DNA from: an uncultured Thermodesulfobacteriota bacterium
GTDB taxonomy: Bacteria > Desulfobacterota > CAZCTP01
Assembly: GCA_964501575.1 (NCBI GenBank)
Contig: CAZCTP010000005.1
Coordinates: 2,446 to 66,445 of the forward strand
Length of the DNA stretch: 64,000 bases
Reading direction: 5' to 3'
Shown: piece after piece, positions 46,824 through 56,847 of the stretch
Layout: every line of letters starts with the position of its first letter
Position numbering within the stretch: position 1 is the stretch's first letter
The notes under the pieces: generated by a model
Told to the model about the DNA's origin: nothing
Seen by the model: the letters and a program-made list of their open reading frames with translations, nothing else
Databases searched by the model: none
Translations under genes and position numbers: made by a program

Positions 46824-47850
46824 TATAAAGGCAATAGCTTTGATATCTGGAGGGCTTGATAGTAAGCTCTCCACAAAGATAATAAAGGATATGGGAGTAG
46901 ATATAATAGGGCTTAATTTCTATACCGGATTCTGTATTGTTGAGCAGAAAAGGAGAATAGGAAGAAAAGGGAAAGATGGGGAACTTCCAAGAAATGAGGC
47001 ATTGAAATCCTCTTCAGATATTGGTATACCTCTTGAGATAATTGATATATCTGAGGAGTATCTTAAAATGGTTGTAAATCCAAAATTTGGATACGGTGCA
47101 AATGTTAATCCATGTATTGATTGCAGGATATATATGTTAAGAGAGGCAAAAAGGTTAATGGAAGAAAAGGGTGCAAGTTTTGTAGTTACAGGAGAGGTTT
47201 TAGGAGAGAGACCCATGTCCCAGAACAGAAAAGCACTTGATATAGTTGAGAATGAGAGCGATCTAAAGGGGCTTATACTCCGTCCACTTTCTGCAAAGCT
47301 CCTTTCACCAACCCTACCAGAAATAAATAGATGGGTTGATAGAGATAAACTATACTCAATCCAGGGAAGATCAAGAAAGGAACAGATGAAATTGGCAAAG
47401 GAGTTTGGCATAGAAGAATATCCTCAACCAGCTGGAGGTTGCTGTTTTCTGACTGATGAGAACTATGCAAGGAGGTTTAGGGACCTGCTTGCCCATAAAG
47501 GAGTATTAACCCATGATGATGTGATACTTTTAAGTGTTGGAAGACATTTTAGAATATCTGAAGGTTTAAAGATTATCGTTGGAAGAAATGAAGGGGAGAA
47601 TAATTTACTTGAAAGGTATAAAAGAGGGAGATATATTTTTAAAGTAAATGGTTTTCCAGGACCATTAACATTGGCAGAAGGGATTATAGATAGAGAAGAA
47701 GAAAAAAGGATAATCTCTGCTATAACAGTAAGATATAGTGATTGCAAGAATAATAAAGGAATTGAGGTTATATTGGATAGGGATGGAGTGCATGAGATTA
47801 TTAAGATTGATGAAGTATATGATATTTCAATAGAGGAGATGAGGATATAA
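46816..47850 (+). CDS. ThiI-like PP-loop ATP pyrophosphatase (sulfurtransferase family) lacking a THUMP domain
   Basis: SGGLDS PP-loop at residue 11, a ThiI-like TGEVLGE...SQ...LILRPL block, and a C-terminal domain with a GGCCF motif. Confidence 0.6.
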   Translation: MGSIKAIALISGGLDSKLSTKIIKDMGVDIIGLNFYTGFCIVEQKRRIGRKGKDGELPRNEALKSSSDIGIPLEIIDISEEYLKMVVNPKFGYGANVNPCIDCRIYMLREAKRLMEEKGASFVVTGEVLGERPMSQNRKALDIVENESDLKGLILRPLSAKLLSPTLPEINRWVDRDKLYSIQGRSRKEQMKLAKEFGIEEYPQPAGGCCFLTDENYARRFRDLLAHKGVLTHDDVILLSVGRHFRISEGLKIIVGRNEGENNLLERYKRGRYIFKVNGFPGPLTLAEGIIDREEEKRIISAITVRYSDCKNNKGIEVILDRDGVHEIIKIDEVYDISIEEMRI

Positions 47851-47852
47851 AT

Positions 47853-48104
47853 ATGGATGATGTAGAAAAAATAAGGGTATTTAGAGATATTATAAGAGGA
47901 TCTGATCTAAAGGTCGTAGCAAAGGAGTTTATAAACGTTATAGAGAGGATGATTATTCTTGAGCTTATGGCAGAAGATAGAGGGATTAATATAGAAGAGG
48001 AGATAGAGAAACTATATGATGATAAATGGGAGAAGATTAAGGAAGACAGGGATAACTATATAGATTTTGTAATTGGGAGGATAGTATACCAATTAGAGGG
48101 TTAA
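47853..48104 (+). CDS. Hypothetical small acidic protein
   Basis: 83 aa and tightly packed in the operon, 2 bp after the previous gene and 1 bp before tldD. Confidence 0.45.
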   Translation: MDDVEKIRVFRDIIRGSDLKVVAKEFINVIERMIILELMAEDRGINIEEEIEKLYDDKWEKIKEDRDNYIDFVIGRIVYQLEG

Positions 48105-48105
48105 T

Positions 48106-49503
48106 ATGGGCATTAATGATTTCAACCTGAGTATGATATTAAAAAAAGCTCTTAAGAATGGTGGATTGTTTGCTGACATATATTATGAGAGGAGTATTCC
48201 TACATCTATAATCCTTGATGATAATAGGATAGAGAAAGTTATATCAGGGATTGATGAAGGGGTTGGAATAAGGGTTGTAGATAGTAAATATAGGGTATTA
48301 TATGCGTATACTAATGAGATAGAAAAGGAGAGTCTTTTAAAACTTGCGGATAATATAGCAGTGATGATAAAAGAGAAGATATACGAAAAGAATATAAACA
48401 TAATGAAGAGGGTCCCATCATTGAAATTACCCATATCAAAACTTCCTGATACAGTAGATATAAACTATAAGATAGAGATTGTTAAAAGGGGAAATGATAG
48501 GGCAGTTTCTATGGATAAAAGAGTAAGGCAGGTTAAAGTGGTATATAGAGATTTAATTAAGAATGTTGCTATAGCCAATTCAGATGGATTATATATTGAA
48601 GATGATAGAGTAGAGACTCTCTTCTTTATTCAGGTTGTAGCCTATGATAATGGGGTTATCCAGACAGGCTATGAAGCTGTTGGAGGAGCTATCGGAATAG
48701 AGCTATTCGATGAGAATACACCGGAAGATGTGGCAGAGAAATCTGCAAGGAGAGGATTGATGATGCTTACTGCAAAAAAGGCTCCTTCCGGGAAAATGCC
48801 TGTTGTATTATCGAGTGAAGCAGGAGGGACGATGATACATGAAGCGATTGGACATGGTCTTGAGGCTGACCTTGCAATGGATGGTTTATCGGTATATTCA
48901 AATAAGTTGGGAGAAAGAGTTGCATCACCTCAGATAACTGTAATAGATGATTCAACCATTCCTCATAAAAGAGGCTCCTTTTCCTTTGATGATGAGGGTA
49001 TTGAATCTCAGAAAACAGTTCTTTTAGATAAGGGAATTCTCGTTAATTATCTATATGATAGGGTCTCTGCGATGAAGTATAATACAAAACCCACCGGGAA
49101 TGGGAGAAGAGAATCATATCAGTTTCAGCCAATACCAAGGATGAGCAATACATTTATTGCCCCTGGAGATAGCAATCCAGTAGATATTATAAAAGATACA
49201 TATAAGGGACTGTTTGTTAAAAAGATGGGAGGGGGTCAGGTAAATACTGTTAATGGTGATTTTGTTTTTGAGGTTAGTGAGGGATATCTAATCGAAAATG
49301 GGAAAATTGGAGAGCCTGTGAGGGGAGCAACCCTGACAGGGAATGGCCCCAAGATTTTAAAGATAATAGACAAGGTAGGTAATGATCTCGGATTTTCCTT
49401 AGGTACATGTGGTAAAGATGGCCAGGGGGTACCTGTAGGGGATGCTCAGCCAACACTGAGAATACCTGAAATAGTTGTTGGAGGAGAAAGATTAGAATAT
49501 TAA
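48106..49503 (+). CDS. tldD: Metalloprotease TldD
   Basis: HEAIGHGLE zinc motif. 465 aa. Confidence 0.85.
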   Translation: MGINDFNLSMILKKALKNGGLFADIYYERSIPTSIILDDNRIEKVISGIDEGVGIRVVDSKYRVLYAYTNEIEKESLLKLADNIAVMIKEKIYEKNINIMKRVPSLKLPISKLPDTVDINYKIEIVKRGNDRAVSMDKRVRQVKVVYRDLIKNVAIANSDGLYIEDDRVETLFFIQVVAYDNGVIQTGYEAVGGAIGIELFDENTPEDVAEKSARRGLMMLTAKKAPSGKMPVVLSSEAGGTMIHEAIGHGLEADLAMDGLSVYSNKLGERVASPQITVIDDSTIPHKRGSFSFDDEGIESQKTVLLDKGILVNYLYDRVSAMKYNTKPTGNGRRESYQFQPIPRMSNTFIAPGDSNPVDIIKDTYKGLFVKKMGGGQVNTVNGDFVFEVSEGYLIENGKIGEPVRGATLTGNGPKILKIIDKVGNDLGFSLGTCGKDGQGVPVGDAQPTLRIPEIVVGGERLEY

Positions 49504-49541
49504 AATTAATAGTATCTATAATTCTTATTGTAACCTTCTCT

Positions 49542-51272
49542 GTGGGGGCCCATGGATTTGAGAGAATAAGAAGGGCTGCTGTCAGCGGTAAATTCTATCC
49601 CTCAAATCCAAAAGCACTTTCTTCAATGATAAATAGATTCTTAAAAAATGTTCGTGATAGGAAGGTAAAGATAGAGGGTAAGATAGTGGCTATTATAGTT
49701 CCCCATGCCGGTTATAAATATTCCGGGAGGATATCTGCATATTCATATAAGGCCCTAAAAGGATATAAATTTGATTCAATTATTATTATAGGTCCAAGTC
49801 ATTTTATTCCATTTAATGGTGTATCTGTATATAATAGAGGATATTTTGAAACCCCACTCGGAAAAGTTCCTGTAGATTCAGAGCTTGCAGAGAAGATAAT
49901 AAATTATGATAGCTCAATATCATTTAGAGAGGAAGCTCATATAATGGAGCATTCTTTAGAGGTCCAGCTTCCATTTTTACAGACCATATTTAAGGATATA
50001 AAGATAGTTCCAATAGCCATGGGGTTGCAGGATAGAAAGATGGTTAATATATTGTCGGATGCATTGATAAAGAATCTTTCAAATAAGAATGTTCTTATAA
50101 TAGCAAGCTCAGATCTTTCCCATTATCATCCAGCTAAAGAAGCAAAAAAGCTTGATTCTGAGGGGATAAAATCTATTAAATCCCTTGATTATGATGGGTT
50201 TATGAAAAAGCTTGAGAATGGAAAGACTGAATTCTGCGGAGGAGGTGCTGTAGCTGTTGCATTAAGGGTAGCAGAAGAATTGGGTGCGGATGGAGTAAAG
50301 ATATTAAAATACGGAGATTCCGGTGATATTACCGGGGATAAATCTGCTGTTGTTGGATATCTTTCAGCAGTGATCTTTAAAGGTGAGAAAATTTTGATAT
50401 CCGATGATGGTAAAAAAGAACTGCTAATTATTGCAAGAAGATCAATAGAGGAATATATTAAACACAGGAGAATTCCTGAATTTAAGATCAAAAATAAAGA
50501 GATTTTTAATAAAAGGGGAGTATTTGTTACACTAAAGAAGAATGGTATATTAAGAGGATGTATAGGAATAATAAAACCTGTATTCCCTCTATATAAAGCA
50601 GTTATTAGGTCCGCTATTTCTTCTGCCTTTAATGATCCAAGATTTCTTCCATTATCAAAGAATGAAATTAAAGATATAGATATAGAGATCTCTGCTCTAT
50701 CTCCATTAAGAAGGGTAGAAGATGTATCAGAGATAAAGGTTGGAACCCATGGAATATTGATAGAAAAAGGACCTCATAGAGGAATACTACTACCTCAGGT
50801 TGCTGTTGAGTATAGATGGGATAGGGATAGATTTCTTGAAGCAACATGCAGGAAAGCTGGATTGCCAAAAGATGCGTGGAAGAAGGGAGGTCAGATATAT
50901 ATATTTACTGCTGATATATTCAATGAAGATGATTTTTTATTGCCTTCTAATATAGATAAGTGGAAAAAGAAAGGGAAAATAAAAGCTTACAGTTCTTTGA
51001 ATCTTTTTGAATATCTGAATGGAGGAGCTGATATATATATTAAAAATGGATTTAGAGAGCTTCTTGTCCAGGAATATTCTTATAAAAATCTGAATATTAC
51101 TGTAGAGATATATAAAATGGACAATAAGAATGATGCAAAAAAGGTATATAATAGGGCTAAAGAAAGAAATTATATAGAACTATTGAAGGATAGATATATC
51201 TTAAGAATTTACTCCCCTGATAATATAAATGTAGCTCCCTTTGCTGAGAAAGTAGTAAATAGAATAAAGTGA
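49542..51272 (+). CDS. Fused Memo (AmmeMemoRadiSam protein B)-AMMECR1 (protein A) protein with a C-terminal extension of about 115 aa
   Basis: The N-terminal RRAAVSGKFYP pattern and the IVPHAGY...PSH region match the Memo family. The AMMECR1 domain (IARRSIEEYI...GILRGCIG) follows. GTG start; N-terminus uncertain. Confidence 0.65.
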   Translation: MGAHGFERIRRAAVSGKFYPSNPKALSSMINRFLKNVRDRKVKIEGKIVAIIVPHAGYKYSGRISAYSYKALKGYKFDSIIIIGPSHFIPFNGVSVYNRGYFETPLGKVPVDSELAEKIINYDSSISFREEAHIMEHSLEVQLPFLQTIFKDIKIVPIAMGLQDRKMVNILSDALIKNLSNKNVLIIASSDLSHYHPAKEAKKLDSEGIKSIKSLDYDGFMKKLENGKTEFCGGGAVAVALRVAEELGADGVKILKYGDSGDITGDKSAVVGYLSAVIFKGEKILISDDGKKELLIIARRSIEEYIKHRRIPEFKIKNKEIFNKRGVFVTLKKNGILRGCIGIIKPVFPLYKAVIRSAISSAFNDPRFLPLSKNEIKDIDIEISALSPLRRVEDVSEIKVGTHGILIEKGPHRGILLPQVAVEYRWDRDRFLEATCRKAGLPKDAWKKGGQIYIFTADIFNEDDFLLPSNIDKWKKKGKIKAYSSLNLFEYLNGGADIYIKNGFRELLVQEYSYKNLNITVEIYKMDNKNDAKKVYNRAKERNYIELLKDRYILRIYSPDNINVAPFAEKVVNRIK

Positions 51273-51374
51273 TTGAAAGAGTAATTTTATATTATAGTAT
51301 TTTTCCAGAATATAATAATATACAGACCTAAAATGCCTTCTCTCTTTTTATTTATTCTATAAGCCTAACAAAGG

Positions 51375-51896
51375 TCAAGTAGCTTTCATCTTCTTTTGGT
51401 AGGTATCGAACCACTTCTGGTCTGCTAAAACCACAGAAGTCTCCACCTGTCGTTTTGGAACCGACCAATATATTCTAAGCAATCGATCCTTTTCTTTCAG
51501 AGAAACCAACCTAAAACCACGCTTTTCATAAAAACGGATAGCCCAGATAGCATCTGCCCATGTACCGATCAATATTGGGCGGTTTGTCTGCATTTGAAGA
51601 CAAGAAAGCAACTTTCCTCCTATACCCTGATTCCGCTTAACTGTCCGAACATAGGCATGTCTTATGAGAGTTACATCTCTAACATGTTGAATACCCATTA
51701 CACCAACCAATTTACTATTTTCCTCATATCCCCAGAATATTATACCTTCATCGTCTATTTCATGTCGAAGCTCATCTTTAGACATATAAGGTTCTTTCCA
51801 GCAATCTGTGGGGATAACCCCTTTATACGCTTTAGCAGCATCATTAATAATCTCATATATTATTTCAAACTCACTGTTCGTACATCTACGAATCAT
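51375..51896 (-). CDS. GNAT-family N-acetyltransferase
   Basis: Acetyl-CoA binding motif RNQGIGGKLL. 173 aa. Confidence 0.7.
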   Translation of the reverse strand: MIRRCTNSEFEIIYEIINDAAKAYKGVIPTDCWKEPYMSKDELRHEIDDEGIIFWGYEENSKLVGVMGIQHVRDVTLIRHAYVRTVKRNQGIGGKLLSCLQMQTNRPILIGTWADAIWAIRFYEKRGFRLVSLKEKDRLLRIYWSVPKRQVETSVVLADQKWFDTYQKKMKAT

Positions 51897-52040
51897 AGCT
51901 TTCGTATTTACTCTAAATGAAATAATATCTTCACTTTATTTTCTATTTAGTAAAAATATGCATCTTTTATTTCTATATTATATTATTGTAATCTATTTTT
52001 AAAGAGGTTTCTATTTATAATATTAAATTCAAAACAGTAC

Positions 52041-52069
52041 TTGACTTTAAGACTAAAGATAGTTAAAAT
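52041..52069 (+). promoter_or_regulatory. Candidate sigma70-type promoter (TTGACT-N17-TAAAAT) for the second ubiD-family gene
   Basis: The hexamers were read directly; the SD before the ATG at 52126 is AAAGGAG. Confidence 0.4.
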
Positions 52070-52125
52070 TTATACAATTTAAATAAGTAGAAATTAAGAG
52101 AAAGTGATCATGAAAAGGAGTTAAT

Positions 52126-53604
52126 ATGGCATATAAAGATTTTAGAGAATTTTTAGAAAGGTTAGAAAATATAGGAGAATTAAAACATATTAATGCAGAG
52201 GTAGATTGGAATGATGAGGTGGCTGCAGTAGCAGAAGAAGGATTAGCCAGAAAAGCCCCTGTCCTTATATTCGAAAATGTGAAGGACTATAAAGATACCC
52301 ATGGAAGAAGAATTGCTATAAATTGCCTTGCAAGCTGGAAGAGAATGGCTTTAGCTTTAAACATGGATACAGATGATCCCAAAAATATGATGTCTGAATA
52401 TAGAAAAAGGATAAAAAATCCGATAAAGCCTGTGTTATTGTCCCGTGGTCCTTGTAAGGAAGTTATTCATATAGGTAATGATGTAAATATATATGAATTT
52501 CCTATTATAAAACTAAGTCCAAAAGATGGTGGGAGATATACAAGATGGCAATTATGTATCACAAAAGACCCTGAGACAGGATGGGTAAATGTTGGAACAT
52601 ATAATTCTATGCTTTTTGGAGAGAAGGATGCTGTAACTACATCTCCTGTTAGAACTCAGCATATGGCTGTTCATGCAAGGAAGTATCAGGCTATGGGTAA
52701 GAAAATGCCTTATGCTATTGCAATAGGCTGTGAACCGGTGACAGCTATTATGGGATGTGCTCCTTTTAAAGTCGGTGTGAATGAATTTGATATGGCAGGA
52801 GCATTAAGGGGAGAGCCTGTAGAACTTGTAAAATGTGAGACTATAGATCTAGAGGTCCCAGCAACTGCAGAGATAATAATAGAAGGAGAGATAGATTTAG
52901 ATCCAAAGACATATAGACCTGAGGGACCAGGTGGTAGATATAGTGGATACTATGCATCCATAACAAAGAAGAATTTAGCCCCCGTTTTAAAAATAAAATG
53001 TATAACCCACAGAAATGATCCAATATACTGGACGTATATTACAGGTAGGGATGCTCATATAGCTCCGACAGGTCCTGGATACGCTATCAATTTTCAAACA
53101 TGTGCATTAGTATGGGAACACTTAGAAGAGGTAGGGATAGAGGGCATAAGTGGAGTATGGAGTGATCCGAGTGCTCAATGGACTACTCTATTTATTTCCA
53201 TGGATGTAAAGCATTATGGTGATCCTAAGATGGTAGCTGCTCAGATATGGGGCAATCCAAAGTTTTCAATGATGGGGAAATTTATTGTGATAGTAGATTC
53301 TGATATAGATGTATTTAACTTAAACCAGATAAATCATGCAATAGCTAATAGAGTCAGAGGTAGGGAGGATATAATAATATATAGAGATACTATAGGGTCC
53401 CCCATAGAACCCGGAGTATCTCCTGATATAGTCCAAAAACTTGATATAGGAAAGTGGGATAGGGTATTAATAGATGCAACATGGCCCTATGAATGGGAGC
53501 CGAGGGAAGAATGGGGAGGGGAAAAACATCCCCTAAAGACCATTTCAGATCCTCATATGAGAGAAAGAGTCAGGAATAGATGGAAGGAGTTTGGATTAGA
53601 ATAG
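52126..53604 (+). CDS. UbiD-family (prFMN-dependent) decarboxylase, second paralog
   Basis: 492 aa aligning across the full UbiD fold, including the EGP.G.YSGYY region. Confidence 0.8.
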   Translation: MAYKDFREFLERLENIGELKHINAEVDWNDEVAAVAEEGLARKAPVLIFENVKDYKDTHGRRIAINCLASWKRMALALNMDTDDPKNMMSEYRKRIKNPIKPVLLSRGPCKEVIHIGNDVNIYEFPIIKLSPKDGGRYTRWQLCITKDPETGWVNVGTYNSMLFGEKDAVTTSPVRTQHMAVHARKYQAMGKKMPYAIAIGCEPVTAIMGCAPFKVGVNEFDMAGALRGEPVELVKCETIDLEVPATAEIIIEGEIDLDPKTYRPEGPGGRYSGYYASITKKNLAPVLKIKCITHRNDPIYWTYITGRDAHIAPTGPGYAINFQTCALVWEHLEEVGIEGISGVWSDPSAQWTTLFISMDVKHYGDPKMVAAQIWGNPKFSMMGKFIVIVDSDIDVFNLNQINHAIANRVRGREDIIIYRDTIGSPIEPGVSPDIVQKLDIGKWDRVLIDATWPYEWEPREEWGGEKHPLKTISDPHMRERVRNRWKEFGLE

Positions 53605-53623
53605 ATATCTCTTTCCGATAAGT

Positions 53624-54862
53624 TTATATCTCTATTTTCTTTCCCTTTGTTTCGGGTAGTAACCATACCCATAGTCCGGCTAACAAGGCTGAGAGAGCGC
53701 CCAGGGATATTCCGCCTGCAAGGCCATATATTTTAGCTACTGCAGCAATTATAACAGGAGTGAAAAAATTAATCCCTCTTGCAAGGTTGAATATAGAATT
53801 TGCTGCAGTATTCCTTACCCTTGTAGGGAATAATTCTGTAAATAGAGGCCCAAAATTTGAGAATATTCCTGTTCCAATGCCAGTCAGAAACATAAAAAAG
53901 AGGATTAATTTAGGATATTCCGAAATAATATTCCAGAATATAGTTATCATTAATAACCCGGAGGCCATAAGGGTAGAGTATATTGAAAAAGAGAGTTTTC
54001 TCCCGTATCTATCAGAAAAAAATCCAAAGGATAAATATCCTATTATTTCTCCAATTACTACTATGAGCATTTTACTCCCTGATTTTGCTATTGTGAGCCC
54101 TCTTTCTTCTACTAAATATCCAGGAAGCCATGAATATGTAAACCAATATGCTGACATAGTAAACATAGTTAGAATAAGACTTATAAAGAACGGGGATCTA
54201 AGCTCTTTTGAAAATAACTGTAAAAATCTATTTTTCTCTTTTATAATATCTTTTGTTTCCATTGCTTTTCTTTTAAGCCATACATCAGATTCAGGCATCC
54301 ATATCCTGATGACTCCGGCTAATATTGCTGGTAATGATGATACTATAAATGTAGCTCTCCATCCAAATCTTGGAGCAAATAAGCTTCCCATTATTGCTGC
54401 TGTTCCTACTCCCAAAGGGGCTCCTGTTTGCATATATGCACCGAATCTACCTCTTTTGGATGGTGGAAAGGTTTCACCTATAAGAGTCTGTCCTATTCCC
54501 CATTCACCTCCTACACCTAATCCTGTAATTCCTCTCCATATCAAAAGCCACCATAAATTCATTGTAAGCCCACACATAAATACACCCACGCTATATATTA
54601 TGATAGTCCACTGAAGCATAGCTTTTCTTCCATATCTATCAGCTAAATAACCGAATATTATTCCTCCTATTGCAGTAGTTGCAAGAGATACTCCCCAGAC
54701 TATAGATAATTCCATCTTTGTAAATCCAAATTCATTTCCGATGGGTATAAGTAGGAAGGAATACAAAATAAGATCATAAAAGTCAAAAATCCAACCAGCC
54801 CAGCTCATGAATAAGATTAAATAATGGGCCTTTGTTAATTTCTTATATTCATTTAAGAGCAT
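53624..54862 (-). CDS. MFS transporter
   Basis: 12 predicted TM segments and MFS motif A (GYLADRYGRK). Confidence 0.8.
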   Translation of the reverse strand: MLLNEYKKLTKAHYLILFMSWAGWIFDFYDLILYSFLLIPIGNEFGFTKMELSIVWGVSLATTAIGGIIFGYLADRYGRKAMLQWTIIIYSVGVFMCGLTMNLWWLLIWRGITGLGVGGEWGIGQTLIGETFPPSKRGRFGAYMQTGAPLGVGTAAIMGSLFAPRFGWRATFIVSSLPAILAGVIRIWMPESDVWLKRKAMETKDIIKEKNRFLQLFSKELRSPFFISLILTMFTMSAYWFTYSWLPGYLVEERGLTIAKSGSKMLIVVIGEIIGYLSFGFFSDRYGRKLSFSIYSTLMASGLLMITIFWNIISEYPKLILFFMFLTGIGTGIFSNFGPLFTELFPTRVRNTAANSIFNLARGINFFTPVIIAAVAKIYGLAGGISLGALSALLAGLWVWLLPETKGKKIEI

Positions 54863-54863
54863 T

Positions 54864-56072
54864 CTATTTATTAAATACTACTTTAAAAAATTCTCTTTTC
54901 CCGATCTTCAATTTATATTCTCTATCTGTCTTTATCTCTATCTTTTCATTCTCAATTTTTTTTTCATCTATTGCCACTCCCCCCTGTTTTATTATCCTTC
55001 TTGCTTCAGAATTGCTCTTAACATATTTTGAGACCATGGTTATTAGTTTTGGAAGCCATATACTATCTCCTCTACATTCAATAATCTTTGTTTCTGCATT
55101 ATCAGGAAATTCTTTTAATCTGAATATTGAGTCGAATTCCTTAGCTACTCTTTCCCCTTTTCCTTTGCCATGAAATCTATTTACGATCTCTATACCAAGT
55201 CTAACTTTTGCATCCCTTGGATTTTCTTTGCCTTCTTTTATATTCTTTTTTAAAGTTTCAAGCTCTTCTGATGATATATCGCTTAATAATTCATAATATT
55301 TTAGCATTAGTTCATCAGAAATAGACATTATCTTTCCAAACATATCCTTTGGTGCTTCATCTATCCCTATATAATTATTAAGGGACTTGCTCATTTTATT
55401 AACTCCATCAAGTCCCTCTAATATAGGAAGAGTTATTATTACCTGAGGTTCCTGACCATATTCTCTTTGTAATTCTCGAGCTACAAGAAGATTAAACTTT
55501 TGATCTGTTCCTCCAATCTCCACATCAGCATTTAATACAATAGAGTCATATCCCTGAAGAAGAGGATATAGAAACTCATGAATTCCTATAGGTCTTTTAT
55601 TTGAAAATCTTTTCTCAAAATCATCCCTTTCAAGCATTCTTGCTACAGTATATTTTGATGCTAATTCTATAATATCAACAGCATTCATACTATTTATCCA
55701 ACTACTGTTAAATACTATCTCTGTTTTTTCAGGATCAAGGATTTTGAATATCTGATTTTTATATGTCTCTGCATTCTTTAAAACTTCTTCTCTAGTCAAC
55801 TTCTTTCTTACATCTGATCTTCCGGAAGGGTCTCCGATCATTCCAGTGAAATCACCTATTAGAAAATATACTTTATGCCCTAGGTCTTGAAAATGCTTCA
55901 GCTTTTGAATAAGGATAGTATGTCCAAGGTGTATATCAGGAGCTGTTGGATCAAACCCTGCCTTTACAGTAAGCTGTTTGCCTTCCTTAAGCTTCTTGAT
56001 TAACTCTTCCTCAATAAATATTTCCTTTATTCCTCTTTTTATTATATCTAACTCTTTATTGATGTTCTTCAA
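54864..56072 (-). CDS. tyrS: Tyrosyl-tRNA synthetase
   Basis: HLGH (HIGH-type) motif, KMSKS and a C-terminal S4-like domain. 402 aa. Confidence 0.9.
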   Translation of the reverse strand: MKNINKELDIIKRGIKEIFIEEELIKKLKEGKQLTVKAGFDPTAPDIHLGHTILIQKLKHFQDLGHKVYFLIGDFTGMIGDPSGRSDVRKKLTREEVLKNAETYKNQIFKILDPEKTEIVFNSSWINSMNAVDIIELASKYTVARMLERDDFEKRFSNKRPIGIHEFLYPLLQGYDSIVLNADVEIGGTDQKFNLLVARELQREYGQEPQVIITLPILEGLDGVNKMSKSLNNYIGIDEAPKDMFGKIMSISDELMLKYYELLSDISSEELETLKKNIKEGKENPRDAKVRLGIEIVNRFHGKGKGERVAKEFDSIFRLKEFPDNAETKIIECRGDSIWLPKLITMVSKYVKSNSEARRIIKQGGVAIDEKKIENEKIEIKTDREYKLKIGKREFFKVVFNK

Positions 56073-56847
56073 GTGGCACTACTATCCTTTTTATTCTTGT
56101 GCTTTTACCTGTTTCAGGGTCTATATCTATTATAACCCCATTTAATCTAATATCTCTTTTTGCAACTTGGAATCTCTTTGGCAAACATGTCAGGAATTTT
56201 TCTATAATTATATCCTTATCAACACCTATAACAGAATCCATAGCCCCTGTCATACCAACGTCGCTTATATATGCAGTTCCATTTGGCAATATTCTCTCAT
56301 CAGCTGTTTGAACATGTGTATGAGTTCCTATTACTGCACTAACTTTTCCATCAAGGAACCAACCCATGGCAATCTTTTCTGATGTAGCTTCAGCATGAAA
56401 ATCTACTATTATTATATTTGTTTCTCCACTTAATTTATTAATTTCTCTGAGTGATGCCCTAAAAGGACAATCTATATTTTTCATGAAGACCCTTCCTACA
56501 AGGGATATTATTCCCACCTTTTTACTATATTTGGTATTTATTAAGATCCATCCATTTCCAGGAATATCCTCAGGATAATTAGCAGGGCGAAGTATCCTTT
56601 TTTCTGATGAGAAAAAATCTATTATTTCCTTTTTATCCCATATATGGTTACCAGAAGTTATAACATCAATCCCACACTCTAAAAGTTCTTTAGCATTTTT
56701 AGGAGTTACTCCAAATCCTCCAGAAGCATTTTCTCCATTTGCAAGTATTATATCTATATTATTTTCATCCTTTATCTTATTTAAAAGTTTACGTACAGCA
56801 TTTCTACCAGGCCCTCCAACAATATCACCAATAAAAAATAGTCTCAT
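56056..56847 (-). CDS. ymdB: YmdB-like metallophosphoesterase (2',3'-cNMP phosphodiesterase family)
   Basis: GDIVG...GNH metallophosphoesterase motifs. It overlaps rny, reproducing the conserved rny-ymdB pairing. Confidence 0.8.
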   Translation of the reverse strand: MRLFFIGDIVGGPGRNAVRKLLNKIKDENNIDIILANGENASGGFGVTPKNAKELLECGIDVITSGNHIWDKKEIIDFFSSEKRILRPANYPEDIPGNGWILINTKYSKKVGIISLVGRVFMKNIDCPFRASLREINKLSGETNIIIVDFHAEATSEKIAMGWFLDGKVSAVIGTHTHVQTADERILPNGTAYISDVGMTGAMDSVIGVDKDIIIEKFLTCLPKRFQVAKRDIRLNGVIIDIDPETGKSTRIKRIVVPLEEHQ

